Positions 24,399 through 36,968 of a DNA stretch of 64,000 bases are shown piece by piece. The notes under the pieces are model-generated. The model did not search any database. It was not told where the DNA came from and saw nothing but the letters and a program-made list of their open reading frames with translations. Source of the DNA: Narcine bancroftii (lineage: Eukaryota); NCBI RefSeq assembly GCF_036971445.1, contig NC_091477.1:105524001-105588000 (forward strand), in the 5' to 3' direction. Made by a program: the position numbers and the translations under genes. The number at the start of each line of letters is the position of its first letter. The stretch's first letter is position 1.

Positions 24399-25924
24399 TA
24401 ATTGTGTCATATGTGGAGTAAGGGACAGGAATGTATTGGCAAATAGTATTGCTCTAAAACACAATTAAAATCATGCATATCAAATTGGTATTTCCTGATT
24501 CTGATGTTCTAGATTGCTGTTGCATTGCTAGTGCTCTCCATACCATCTTAGAAAGCAGTGGAGTTTAAAATAACACTGCAAGTTGTATGCTGATTCACTA
24601 AAATGGGAGAGCAATGTCGTGGAAAGTGTGCTGATCGACTGCATCATGGTCTGATATGGAGACGCCAAAGCCTCTGAGCAGAAAGCCCTACAAGATGTAG
24701 TGGACACACCACAGACAAAACTCCCCCCTACCATCGGGAAAATCTACATGGAATGCTGCCATCGGAGAGCAGCAAGGATCCACGCCATCCAGGACGTGCT
24801 CTTTTCTTGCTGCTGTGATCAGGAAGGAGGCCTAGAGGCAGCACCAGGTTCAGTTGCTATCCCTCCACTATCAGACTCTAAGCAACAAACTCAATCAGAG
24901 ACTCATTTAAGGATTTTTACTCTTATTTATTTTTGAATATTTAATTCCCATATTACAGTCAGTTTGTTTACAATTCTCTCTTTTGTATACATATCTTTTC
25001 TTGAGTACAGTCTATTGCACTATTGATAATTTGAAATTCTGCATCACCCACAGGAAAAAGAATCTCAGGATTGTAGGTGATGTCATTAAGGTTCTCTGAC
25101 AATGAAGCTGAACTTTAAATTTTTTAATAAAGTCAACAGGGTATACTAAAGTCACTCAAGGGAGTTCACCTTTAAAAACCAGTCTCCTCTTGACTCCCCA
25201 TCAAGGAAGCTACATATCTCTTCTCCAAAATGTTGAATTGCAGTTTATATCTTATATTAACCACATTTCATTCAATTCGGTGACGAGCATAAATTTTGAA
25301 ATTATAGTTGTTTCATGTGCACAAAATTCTGAATGCTGTTGGAAATTGTCGTAGTCACTGCAATTGTGAATATTTATTTATCTATTCTTTGATATTCATT
25401 TCTCTTGCTTTTGTAGCAATTTAACATTTTATTATTGTGTTTGATGTTTGGCTGCAGCAAGTAGGAATTTCATTACATCTGGACATTGAACTTATGCATA
25501 TGACAATGAGTTTGTTGTTTTCTCTCCAAAGAACAATGTGCTAAAGCAGGAAGTTAGTTGGTAAAAAGATCAGTACTGTAAATAAATGAAGGATATTGTA
25601 TGTGCCTGCCTCAAACATAGTTCTGAATTCTGTTTCACTGGGTAACAAAAGTTTGGGATTGAGGAATGCATAAAAATAGGTCATGCTGTCCAAAATTTAA
25701 AATTTTGCATCGGTATGCTGATATAAAATAAAAATCTGATCAAATTTGATATAATTTGGTTTTTACTGATTACAACTACAGTAAATCTAAATATTATTAT
25801 ACATTGTTAATTTTAGTTTTACAGAATTTACCTTTAAATCAATGAATTGCCACAGGTGTGTATGATTAATAGTTAATGCTGCCACAGCTTGTTTCACTCA
25901 TACCTTTTCATGTACATGTAACAG

Positions 25925-26006
25925 GGAAGAAGAAGGCAGAAGGAAAATTAAAGCTCTAAAAAATCAGCTGCAAAATTTACAGAAGGAAAAGGAGGCAGAA
26001 CAACAG
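25925..26006 (+). CDS. IQCG: IQCG exon 5
   Basis: EEEGRRKIKALKNQLQNLQKEKEAEQQ; 82 nt; phase 2-0. Confidence 0.92.
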
Positions 26007-27659
26007 GTTTCTGAGCTTATTGTTTTCCAATGTCTTTTGTTTCATATACAAAGGTCTTTTTTTTACACTTTAATTACAATCAGAAACCTAATTAAAAACT
26101 GCACATCATTAACAGTGATATAAATAGTGTTTAAGACCCTACAGCAAAATATTTTGCTTTTAATAAACTCAATGGGAAAATGTTTTTGTAAGTATAAACA
26201 ATTTTCAAGAAAGATATTCATTGAAAGAACAGGAAAGCCACAAATTCCTTGGCTCCAAAATTGCCCTTAGTTCAGGCACTATGGGCAGGGATGCGAGACA
26301 AATTTCAAGTGAGATACACCCCTACATATTTTTGTGTGCCACATTTGGAAAGGATTTGTGCATGAGTTCATCTCCTATTTTGGGCAGCAAATGACATTAA
26401 TTCTCAGGAAATGCTAAATTGACCAATGTTGTAAAGTGAATCATTGATATCCAATTAAAGCAGCTCCAAAACGCAGATATCAAAAAGAGGCAGAACTGAT
26501 ATTGATCATGTATGTAAGATCATTTAACTTACGGCATTATGTGCATGAATTTTTGAGCTTGGCTCCTTACATTACCTAGAACTGCTGGCTCAATTCACTG
26601 CCACATAACTGTGTATCTAGAAGATTTACTCCTCCGATCACTATTTCTACCAAGGTATCCAGAACTGCACTGAAGGATCAGAGAGCCTGATCTCTTCCAT
26701 AGCTTGTTTTAATTGGCAAAAACATTGGAGTGACTTCCACTATCAGTTGCATCCAAGAAGCGTCTATCTGTTAATTTGCAAATATAGCTTCGATAGCAAT
26801 TGCTAACTTAAAATAATGATGTGCCAAGGTGAAAAGTAGTTAACACTGTTTGGATAGAGATTTTGTACATGATCTGCTCCAGATCAAATGGGTGTGAGTT
26901 AATTGCACATTTTGTTCCCAGTGCCTGTGTTCTGGTTAAAGCAAATGTTGACCCTAAATGAAATAAGAATTGATGGGAGATGGGGATAGGGATGTACATA
27001 TCATTGAGACCATCAAGATTAAAGGATTATTGGAGGGATAGAATTGAAAAGCAGTGAAATTATATTAAACATGTAAAACTTGGCTTTGATTCGACTTGGC
27101 AAATGCACTTTCCTTAGGTGCATATTAAAAATATAGAGGTAATATTTATCAGGAATAACAAGCAGGAGAAATCTGTAAAGTTAAAGAAAGGTACATTAAC
27201 TAAGCTACTTTAATAAACCGATAGATAGTATTGATTTCGTCAGCATGGGGTTGGGGGGGAGGGGTGGGGAATTATAGTCTTTGAACTGCTCCAGTAGCTA
27301 ATGTCAACTTTGATAAGAATAGGAGATCAGTAACATCATAAATTAAAATGTTTTGAAAACATTATAATCTATTAAGGGAATTGGGTGATAATGCCACAAT
27401 GTTACAATCAACTGCTTTTACCTTCACATTTTGGTTGATAAATGGGATGAAAAGAATTGTGGAAATGAGAAGACATAGGTTTATTGTTTGCAGCTTGGAT
27501 AGAGTGGATAAAATTTCAAAAAACCTCAACCACTAGCATCTTGGTCAAAATTAGTTCAGAAAGATAGACAATATATTTATTCATCATACTGATCATATCA
27601 TTGCAGAGACAGAAGGTAACCACAACCACTGACCCTAAACATTTATTTTTTCTGATCAG

Positions 27660-27821
27660 AGTAAAAATGAGATGATCGCTCATTTAAAAGACCAAGTGCA
27701 AGAAATGAAAGCAAAAACCTCTATGGAAGGGAAGTACATGAAGAAAAATGCAGAACTACAGGTCCAACAGACTCAAAAAAAATGTGCCAGTGAGGAAAAT
27801 AAATTAAAAGAAGAGATTCAG
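27660..27821 (+). CDS. IQCG: IQCG exon 6
   Basis: [27 protein letters not shown]; 162 nt. Confidence 0.95.
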
Positions 27822-28461
27822 GTCAGGAAATGAAAGGAATAACTGCTCTGAGTTTTGTGACTTCAAATATTTGGTAGTTTAAATCTGTGAAACAATAATC
27901 CAGATTTTGATCAACCTATGACAATGCTGATGTAGCTCTTGCCTGCTATTTGTTCAATCTAAAACTTGAGATGCTAATACCCTTTATGCTCCAGTTACTG
28001 ATATCTGCACAGGTCCACATTCCTGTGACTAGATGATAATCTAAAGCAGCACCTTTGGCTGAACGTTTGCCTCTGTACTGAATCCAATTGTGGTGCCTTG
28101 GCTTCATTCTGGTTCAAAACACAACAGTGATTAATTATACCTGGGCCTTCCTGCGATGTATAGCTCAGAACTACCAGTATGTGTATTTTACTTTGTAAGC
28201 TTGTAAAGCAGCCTTCTTTCTGTATTTAAACTCAACACACATTTTTTAAAAAAAGTACATAAAGTGATTCCTATTGTAATTAATTCTCGTTTCAACTTAA
28301 CATTTCCCTCTATTTTTCGCATCTTTGCACTGAATGTATAGTGAGATTACCACAGTTTCATTTACAAAAATCCAGTTAATATGTAAACATTATTTTATTA
28401 TTAACATTTTATCAATCTGTTAAAATCTCTCCTTCCATTATATTTGGTCTTCTTGAACCAG

Positions 28462-28536
28462 CTCTTAAAAAGCAAAATCGAACAGGAGAATCAGATACAT
28501 TTGGAGATTGAAAGATTCCTGAGACAAAATCAGGCA
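28462..28536 (+). CDS. IQCG: IQCG exon 7
   Basis: LLKSKIEQENQIHLEIERFLRQNQA; 75 nt; |gtaagt. Confidence 0.93.
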
Positions 28537-28849
28537 GTAAGTATCCAAGTCATTAAAATTAAAATTAAAAATGCAGATAGGGCTAAATTACAGAAGGAAT
28601 TCTGAATCAAAATAGTTGCGACCTCATAGAATACAGAACTCTCAATGTAAGAGTTAATTTATTTATCCATGTATGTCTTGAATATTTGGATACTTGTTCA
28701 GCAAACATTTAAAAAATGTAATTCAAATTTATCCAGGCATGGAAGTATTTGTTAATAAATTGATCTCACAGGAGCTTTATTTAATAGTTAAATGTCATAA
28801 AGTGACCCATACCCTTGCATAATTTTTAAAATTTTTTTTTTCTTGCAGA

Positions 28850-31507
28850 AATTTGGTAGTACTGTTGTTAAACTAATATGGTGGGTGGGGGCAGTGGCTG
28901 AGAATCCAGGCAGAAAGATAATGTAGAGACCAAAGCAAAAGTTAGAAAAGAGAATAGTTAAAATGCAAAGGACACAAAGATTCCTAGATTCTGAAAGAAC
29001 AATGAGTGCAAGGTATTTCATGTTTCACTCCTTTTGTCCCACAAAATAACCTGTGTTGCCAATCAATGCTAGCCAAGTCCTCCTTCATCATATTGTGGTC
29101 TCCCTTGTCAAGGTGAAGCACACTGTCTCTCGATTGATCTAGTGCACCCTCCATCTGAATACTCGTAGTATTTAAAAGATCACTGAAATTATGGGACAAT
29201 CAGTCAAAAGTGATATAACAGCCATTACATATTTGTGGTGGCAGGGTGGAGATGATTGGGAATTAAATATCCAAGCGTATGAGCTAATTCAGAAAGAAAG
29301 GCCAGAAGATAAGGGAGGTGGGGTATTATTGGAGTAAGATTAAGGATGACGTCAGAAAGATAGTGGGAGACCATATAAGATCTAAGGAGCAGAATGTTGA
29401 ATCCACAATGTAGAGATTAGGGTAAGAGACTCCGATAACTCAGTGGTTAGAACTCTGGTCTTAAACCAGGGGTCGCTAGTTTGTTCCTTGTGAGGGGCGC
29501 TGAACAAAATGGCGACTCTCCGTCTTCCTTACAGAAGACAAAATTAAAGAATTTCATGTATATTACATTCTAAATGTAGTATTACATGACAGTAATGAAA
29601 CCATTACCTTTAAAAAATCACTGGTGGGAGTTGTCTACAGGCCACCAAATGATAACATTTTAGTGGCACAGGCAATAAGCCAAGATATATCTAATGCATG
29701 TAAGAATAGAATGATAGTTGTCATGGAGGATTTCACCTTGCACATAGATTGGCAAATCAAGTTGGTTGAAGCAGTGTTGAAAAGGAGTTAATGGAATGCA
29801 TCCGTAATAGCTTTTTTGAAAGCGTTACATGGTATCTGGTCCTCTGCAATGACACAGGTAAAATTAACAATCTTGCAGTTATGTATTCTATCAGAAAGTG
29901 TGATCACAGTATGATTGAATTTCTCATACAAATGGAGGGTGCACTAGATCAATCGAGAGACTGTGTGCTTCTCCTTGACAAGGGAGACTACAATATGATG
30001 AAGGAGGACTTGGCTAGCATTGATTGGCAACACAGGTTATTTTGTGGGACAAAAGGAGTGAAACATGAAAGTCTGCAGATGCTGTGATTGTAGTCAAAAC
30101 ACAGATGCTGGAGGAGCTCAGCCAGTCTCGCAGTGTCCATAGGAGGTAAAGATATATTACTGAGGTTTTTGGCCTGAACCCTTCCTCAAGGTATGATATT
30201 AGCCTGAAACATCACTAATATATATATTTGGCAGAGTTCCTCCAGCATCTCTGTATTTTGACAATATGGTAGACGGTTGAGTATGTTCAACAAAAATATA
30301 TTCCAGTCAAAAACAAGGACAGTAAGGATGGAAAGAGCCAACTTTGGATAACTAAGGAAAGAAAGGCATCGAACTAAAAGTTCCGTCAGACAAAGTCACC
30401 AAGAGTAATGGGAAAACTTTAAAAAGAAACAAAACCACAAGGCAAGCGATAAAGAAAGGGAAGATAGATAATGAAAGTAAACTTCTGCAAAATATAAAAG
30501 CAGGTGGTAAAGTTTCTATAATTATATAAAGAGGAAAATGGTGGCAGAAATAAAAATAGGTCCCTTGGAAGATGAGAAAGGGGAAATAATAGTGGGTAAC
30601 GTGGAAGTGGCTGAGGCTTTGAATGACTATTTTGTGTCAGTCTGCATGGTGGACACATCTGACATGCCAAGGAGAGAGATGCCATGATTGCGATGGGAGG
30701 TGAAGACCTTGATACAATTGCTACCACTGAAGAGGAAGAGCTGATCAATCTAGTGGGCCTAAAGATTGATAAATCCCATGATCTTGATGGAATACATCCC
30801 AAGGTACTGATAAAAATGGCAGAATTTATAGTAGAAGCATTGGTGATAAATTACAGAAATTCTCTGGAGTCTGGGTAGGTCCCTGCTGATTGGAAGGCAC
30901 AAATGTGAAATCATGTTTAAAAAAAGTATGAAGGAAAAAGGCATGTAATTATAGGCCAGTTAGCCTAATGTCAGGAGTTGGGAAAATGCTTGAAGCTCAT
31001 TAAGGAAGAATTAGTAAAACCTCTGCATTGAAGTCATTTCATTAGGCAGATTCAACATGAATTCAGGAAGAAAAGTTCACGTTTGATAATTTTTTTTGAG
31101 GACAGTGGACGCTATACACAATACTAGGATTTCTCGAAGGGCTTTGATTAAATGCCTAATAAAATACTTTTGCATAAGGATTCACAGAGTCATTTATTAG
31201 CATGGATAAAGAATTCGTTAACCAATTGAAGGGAGTTGAGATAAATGTGTTTCTCTGGTTAGCTCTGCAGGGTTTGGTGCTAGTCAAGCAATTCTACATG
31301 ATATGTATAAATGATTTGGAGGAAGACCTCAAGTATGGCCTATCTAAATTTGTTGATAACACGAATTTGAGTGGCAAAGCAAATTGTGTCGCGGAGACAG
31401 TGTGCGGAGAGATAAGGATAGGTTATGCTATTAGGCAAGAGTCTGGAAAAAAATGATGTAAATTTGAGGTTATCCACTTTTAAGAAAATAATAGTAAATC
31501 AGATTTT
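28850..31507 (+). mobile_element. Long decayed CR1 LINE (endonuclease plus RT) in IQCG intron 7
   Basis: VGVVYRPPN, VVMGDF, LKIDKSHDLDGIHPKVL and INDLEE..SKFVDNT motifs. Confidence 0.8.
29428..29612 (+). mobile_element. tRNA-derived SINE inserted in CR1
   Basis: gactccgataactcagtggttagaactctggtctt head; the tail recurs inverted at ~37395-37455. Confidence 0.65.
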
Positions 31508-31543
31508 CTTTGCTGTCCTCATTCTTTGTTTCTTGTCTAGCAG

Positions 31544-31675
31544 GAACTGGAAGAAAAGCTGGAATTTTGGATGGAGAAATATGATAAAGACATTGAAGCA
31601 AATCAAAATGCACTGATTTCTCTGAAATCATCCAAAACGAGTAATTTACAGCGGCTCAGAGAATACTCTGAGAAG
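31544..31675 (+). CDS. IQCG: IQCG exon 8
   Basis: ELEEKLEFWMEKYDKDIE; 132 nt; TAGCAG acceptor. Confidence 0.95.
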
Positions 31676-33359
31676 GTACTGCTAATTATCCAATATTCAC
31701 CTGTGAGAATAAGAATTTTGCTGAATTTATTCCTCTATCTGTACATTACAATAATGCACAGTATAAAAATATTACAATAATATAAAGCTGTGTTTCAGAA
31801 ATATTTAATGTGATATTATTTCAGGCATTTTGAAAGCATCTAATTTGCTTGTAAATGTTGTTTCCTACCGATTGCAAATAGTGATCTGGAAAATGCATCA
31901 TGTAACACTGCATTTTCAACACCTTGGATCCTTGTTTGGACAGAATTGGACATGTTGCATTATTAACATGTTTTCTGTTGCTTGACAAATTGAATCATAT
32001 GATTCTGCACATATTTCACATCTAGGGTGTATCAAAGAAATATACAGATTAAATAGTTGTGAACATTAGTAACATAAAGGTAGCAAGACTATACATGTAC
32101 ACAGTGAGTTATAGTGTAATTTGGAAAGCAGGTCATAAGTATTAACCACCCTGATCAGAGTTACATAAAGGGAACTCTTAATTTCTAGTCAGTGATTATT
32201 GTAATGCTGCAGCAATTTTTAGGATTTGCATTTCTCCACAAAATAGTGGAGCTTTAGCTGTGCTCCCACTAGACTCCAGCATGACTGGCAGCAGGTGTCT
32301 TCATGATGACGTCGCAATGTCTTCAAAAATAGTGTTTCCAAAGAAAGTATCTTTTGTTTTTCCCTCTTTGTCAGCGTGCTAGACTAGTGGCAACTCTTTT
32401 TGGGCCTTTCCAGGCAAACCAAAGAAAACGAACTGTGTATGATAAACAGTATAGTGACAACAAAGGAACCTTGATCAATGCAGAAGCTGCATAGAAACCA
32501 GAATCATGTGTACATTAAGAACCAGCTTGCCAATAAATGCTCACATTCTCAACAAAAATCTCTATTTCTTTCCTTTGGTTGCTCATCATTTCAGAGTTTG
32601 CTTGAGCGCAAACCACGAAAGCTCAATCTGTACAATGGTACATAGGCTAATGCACACTGTTAGTCAGCTAAGTTTTCCTACATTTTACAGTGTGCCCAAA
32701 TGGCTAGAGCAAAGCTGGTAGCTGGTTGCTTTCTGATTACAGTGGAGACCAACCCGAGGTCCTCGAGGATCTGCTTCTGGAGATTCTCTTGTCATGAGGG
32801 GTAACAACCTGGGATAACTGACTACTGAACAATAGCAAGGACAATTCTGGCAATGCCGTGTAATCCAAAACCTTATTGCAGCCATGGATGTGACTGACTG
32901 ACTGGGTTTCTTGGAGGAGATCTAAACTCCCAGTGTATTCCCACAAGATTGCAAGGCTTCGACAAAATTCCGTAGAATCATAGAGCATGGATTAAACCTT
33001 TTCAACCCAGTAGTCCATGCCCACCACAGGTATCTCTTTACAATAATCCCATTTTTATTCCCATTACCTCACCTGAGATTCTACCACTTATCTCCATGTT
33101 GGGAACCTGTTACACTAGCAATTAACCTTTCAACATGCACATCTTTGGGATGTTGGAGGATGTGTAAATTCCACACAGGAAGCAGAGCCGAGGCTAACAT
33201 ATGTTGCACTGTCTTTTGATGTGATGTGAATGCTGATCTACTAGATTTCACGAAACTTATTTTGGATTCTGTGGCTTATTTTCAATTGTAATTGGGAAAG
33301 GGGAAAAAAATAAGATATCTGAATATTAAATCAAAATCTTTTTGATTCCAACCTTTCAG

Positions 33360-33461
33360 TACTTGACTTATGAACGAGTGATAATTGAGGACAGGATTGA
33401 GAGAGAGAATGAATGCAAGAGACGGACACAAGAAGAAAAGGAGTTCAGAAGCATTATTAAG
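33360..33461 (+). CDS. IQCG: IQCG exon 9
   Basis: YLTYERVIIEDRIERE...SIIK; 102 nt. Confidence 0.95.
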
Positions 33462-34491
33462 GTAAAATGAGAAGCGTGAATTTCATTTGTAATTGCATGT
33501 CTGGGACCAATCGATCAAACTGTTAAACGGCCTGCTGCAGACAAGACAACAAAGCAACATCATTCACAATAATGTAATTGTACAATATAAACTTTCTTCT
33601 TACGGGTTGACACTGCAGTCAGGATATTCTATTCCTATTTTTAAATTAAAATTTCATATCTCTAAACATGAAAAATCACAACTAAATTTAGCTCAAATAA
33701 ATAAAAAGCAAAGAATTCAAAACAAAATGGGGAATGATTGAGATGATCTTTTAGGTGTAGACTTAAAGTTTTTTAATTAAATAGTTAATGTATATAAAAC
33801 AGAACAAGAGGAATGAGAGTGTAATACATTTAGGGGCATCTTGCAAGTTGATTTAGTGGAAAACAGAGGGAAGTTGGAAATAGTATAAAAAGGCAGAGAC
33901 GTGGGTTAACAGAATTTGTGGTCTTAAGTGTTGGGCACCCCAGCAAGTGGGAACATCTGATTTTTCTGGAACACTTGCTTTATTTAAGAACCATTATAAT
34001 GCTAAATGTTTAGTTCTGATGAAAGTTCATTATCCTGAAATCTTTTCTCCCTTTGCACATTCTACCTGATTTGCTCAATATTTTGAACATATTATTTTAT
34101 TGGTCAGAATATTGTCATGTAAAACGTCAAGTTGCTTGGGACAGATCTCTCACAATTTTATATTAAATAATATAGTTGAGTTTGAAAGTTTGCAAGCTAC
34201 ATCTCTCCTCTGAATATTTAGGATTATGGAAGCATTTAACCAGATTCATCACATTCCTTTTCATGAAAATGTCAACTCGTACTTTTTTGAACATCTCCAT
34301 TTCAAAAAAGGGAAAGCTAAATTGATATATTCTAATATGAAGCCTGCAGTGAATCCAATTGATCTGTAATATTATTAACTATACATCTTTAATGTGGATA
34401 GTGTTGTCTATTTGTTAGATTTGACTTTGGTAGATACTATTACTCTCACTGGATATTCTTTTGTATGAGATTGTATCTCTCTCTTTTGCAG

Positions 34492-34617
34492 CTTCAGTCG
34501 TGGTGGCGAGGGGTCATGGTTCGCAGGGGAATTGGTATCTACAAGAACATTAAAAAGAAAATAGAAGGAAAAGGAAAGCTTAAAGGAAAAGCAAAAAAGG
34601 CAAATAAGAAGAAATAA
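34492..34617 (+). CDS. IQCG: IQCG last exon (IQ motif and basic tail)
   Basis: LQSWWRGVMVRRGIG...KKK*; summed CDS is 1278 nt. Confidence 0.96.
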   Translation, partial: LQSWWRGVMVRRGIGIYKNIKKKIEGKGKLKGKAKKANKKK

Positions 34618-35469
34618 AACTCTTTCTAGAAATTTGCAACATTCATGCAGTTATTTCTTTTGCTTTAAAAATGAAGATTTGACATTAAAAAACAATTAAA
34701 AAAATTAAATTGTATCAACCAAATGAGATTGTAGAATTAGCAATTAATTTAAAAATTGCAAACAGTTGACCTATTTTTTTTCACCCTGGTTTTAAAAAAT
34801 AAAAAAAAAGTTTTAGTACTTTGACTTAGCCTTTTCATTCCAGTGCAACTCCTCTCTAATCCATCCTCCAACTTTCCAACCCAATCACAAGTTTCAAAAA
34901 TCAAAAATAGAAAGTGCTGGAAACACCCAGCACTATTCTGATGTTAAATAAGGACAAGGTATATTTCAAAAATAAAAAAATATTTTACCTTCTACCTTTA
35001 TATACATCGTACTCAATGTGCGTGTTAGAAAAAAAATTGCTGAAAAATTGGAGACAAAAAAAAGATTGTAGATGCTCTATCTAGAAAACAAATTGCAGGA
35101 AGAACTGTGGTCCAGCAGTATCTGTTGAGAGAAGGGGTATTGTTGATGTTGCAGTTCAAGACTGCATCACCTCTTTGATTTGCTTGCAGTTATAATTCAA
35201 TGACTGGGACTGCACATGCAGCCTCACAACTTCAGTTGTAAAGTGAATGCCTTGAACTGACACATGTATCAATGAATGTCAGAACAATAGAAAGTCAGAA
35301 AATGCTGGAAGTTGGCCTTGTTGTTTCAGGTTGATATTGGAAGCAGGTTCACATTTCAGAAGTCAGGACATCTTTTGCCAGACTGTTCAAATGGTTAATT
35401 TAAACAGCTCATGTAGTAACAAATGTGTGAATTCTGCTTTATTCTTTGTTAATTTTTTTTGTATTTTAT

Positions 35470-35682
35470 TTTTTGAAATTTAGAAATACAACATGGCAAC
35501 AGACCTTTCCAGCCTATGTGCCCAAACCTATTAACCCCATGTCTTTGGAGGGTGGGAGGAAACTGGAGGAAACGTGTGCAGGTCATGGGGAGAATGTACA
35601 AACTCCTTACAGAAGGCACTGGATTTGAACCCAGCTGGCGCTGTAATAGTATTGTACTGCTGTTACACTAACTGTGCTGTCC
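35470..35682 (-). mobile_element. HE1/V-SINE
   Basis: ggagaatgtacaaactccttacaga...ggatttgaaccc. Confidence 0.7.
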
Positions 35683-36962
35683 TCATTGTGTAATGATGGT
35701 CAGTAAACATTACCATCATTATAACCACTGGAATCAGAGGAGTCTACTCAATTATTCCACATAGAATAACACTTGCCTATCAAGAATGAACCCAGTGAAA
35801 GTTGACTGAATTTTCCACTGAAGTGAAAATCAAAATTCTAAAACAACACGCCAGGTTTAATTTCTCTGATAGGTCATTATTGAAGAAAGACTTTAACTCT
35901 TTTGCTCATGTTCTTTTATAATAAAGGCTAAAACACTTTTTAAACTACTTTATGTAAAATACAAATTTCAGACCTTCTTTCTAATTTTTATGACCAAATT
36001 GGGTGTCTTTACATAATCTTCCTCAATTTTGCCCACACTTAATGGGTCTATATTTCTTTGCAGTCTTCTATAAATACGTGGAAATAATATGTCCCTTCAT
36101 TACAATCATTGATTTTGCTTATAAATAGTTGAGGCCAAGCATGATGCTTTACATTCCTGTGGGTTTCAGCCCTTCTACTTTACTGTTCTTTATTAACCAA
36201 TCTTTGGTTCATGTTGCTAAATTACAACTAACCTGAAGCATTAATATTTGGTACATTGTAATCTCTTGTGGAACCTTGTTAAGAGCTTTTGGAAACTTCA
36301 ATTGCATTAACGGGTTTCTCTTTATCCTGGTGATTAGTCACAGAAATTATCCCATCTTAAAATAGTGCTCATCTGTGGCCATATTCCCAATAATCAATTA
36401 TTCTTCCATGATCCTTAGCCACAAACTTTGAAACCTCTTTTCATCATTTGGTCCTCTCTCCATAGTTGTGGGTCCTTCTTCATCGACTCACCTCCTACCC
36501 CACCATCACTCAACTTCGTTAATAATTCCTAAATTCCAGAATGAGCGAAATAAAAACATACCTTGCACATCATCTTGAATAATTTTCTTCCTATTACTGC
36601 ATATTTGGTTTTTACCATTAAGTGGAAGTTCATCATTACTGCATTTACTTTATGAACCTAATTTATGCTATTTCCTGCTACCATTGGGGGATGGTAAAAA
36701 CATCCCATTTTCACCCACTTTGATTCTACATCTTAACAAAGATCCGATAGTATACACATTGGTGGTATAGAATGTGTTTGGTGTGGTAACGTACCATGCC
36801 AAACGACGCTGCTGAAATTCTATTTTACTTTGTTGTCTTGGTCATTCTGCATTAGCAACTAAACAATTGGTTAATCTGGTTTGTTGTGAGTACTTCATAA
36901 TTAATTGTGTTAAGCAAAGAGAATCTGAAGGAAAAATAAACACTTTAGACTATTTCCATATA

Positions 36963-36968
36963 TTTATT
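36963..36968 (-). terminator. Candidate distal polyA signal of LRCH3
   Basis: AATAAA on the minus strand at the end of a long AT-rich, repeat-poor stretch after the LRCH3 stop. Confidence 0.45.

Noticed and set aside
29428-29500. Possible tRNA gene
   Set aside because: Degenerate B box and acceptor stem; continues into a SINE body
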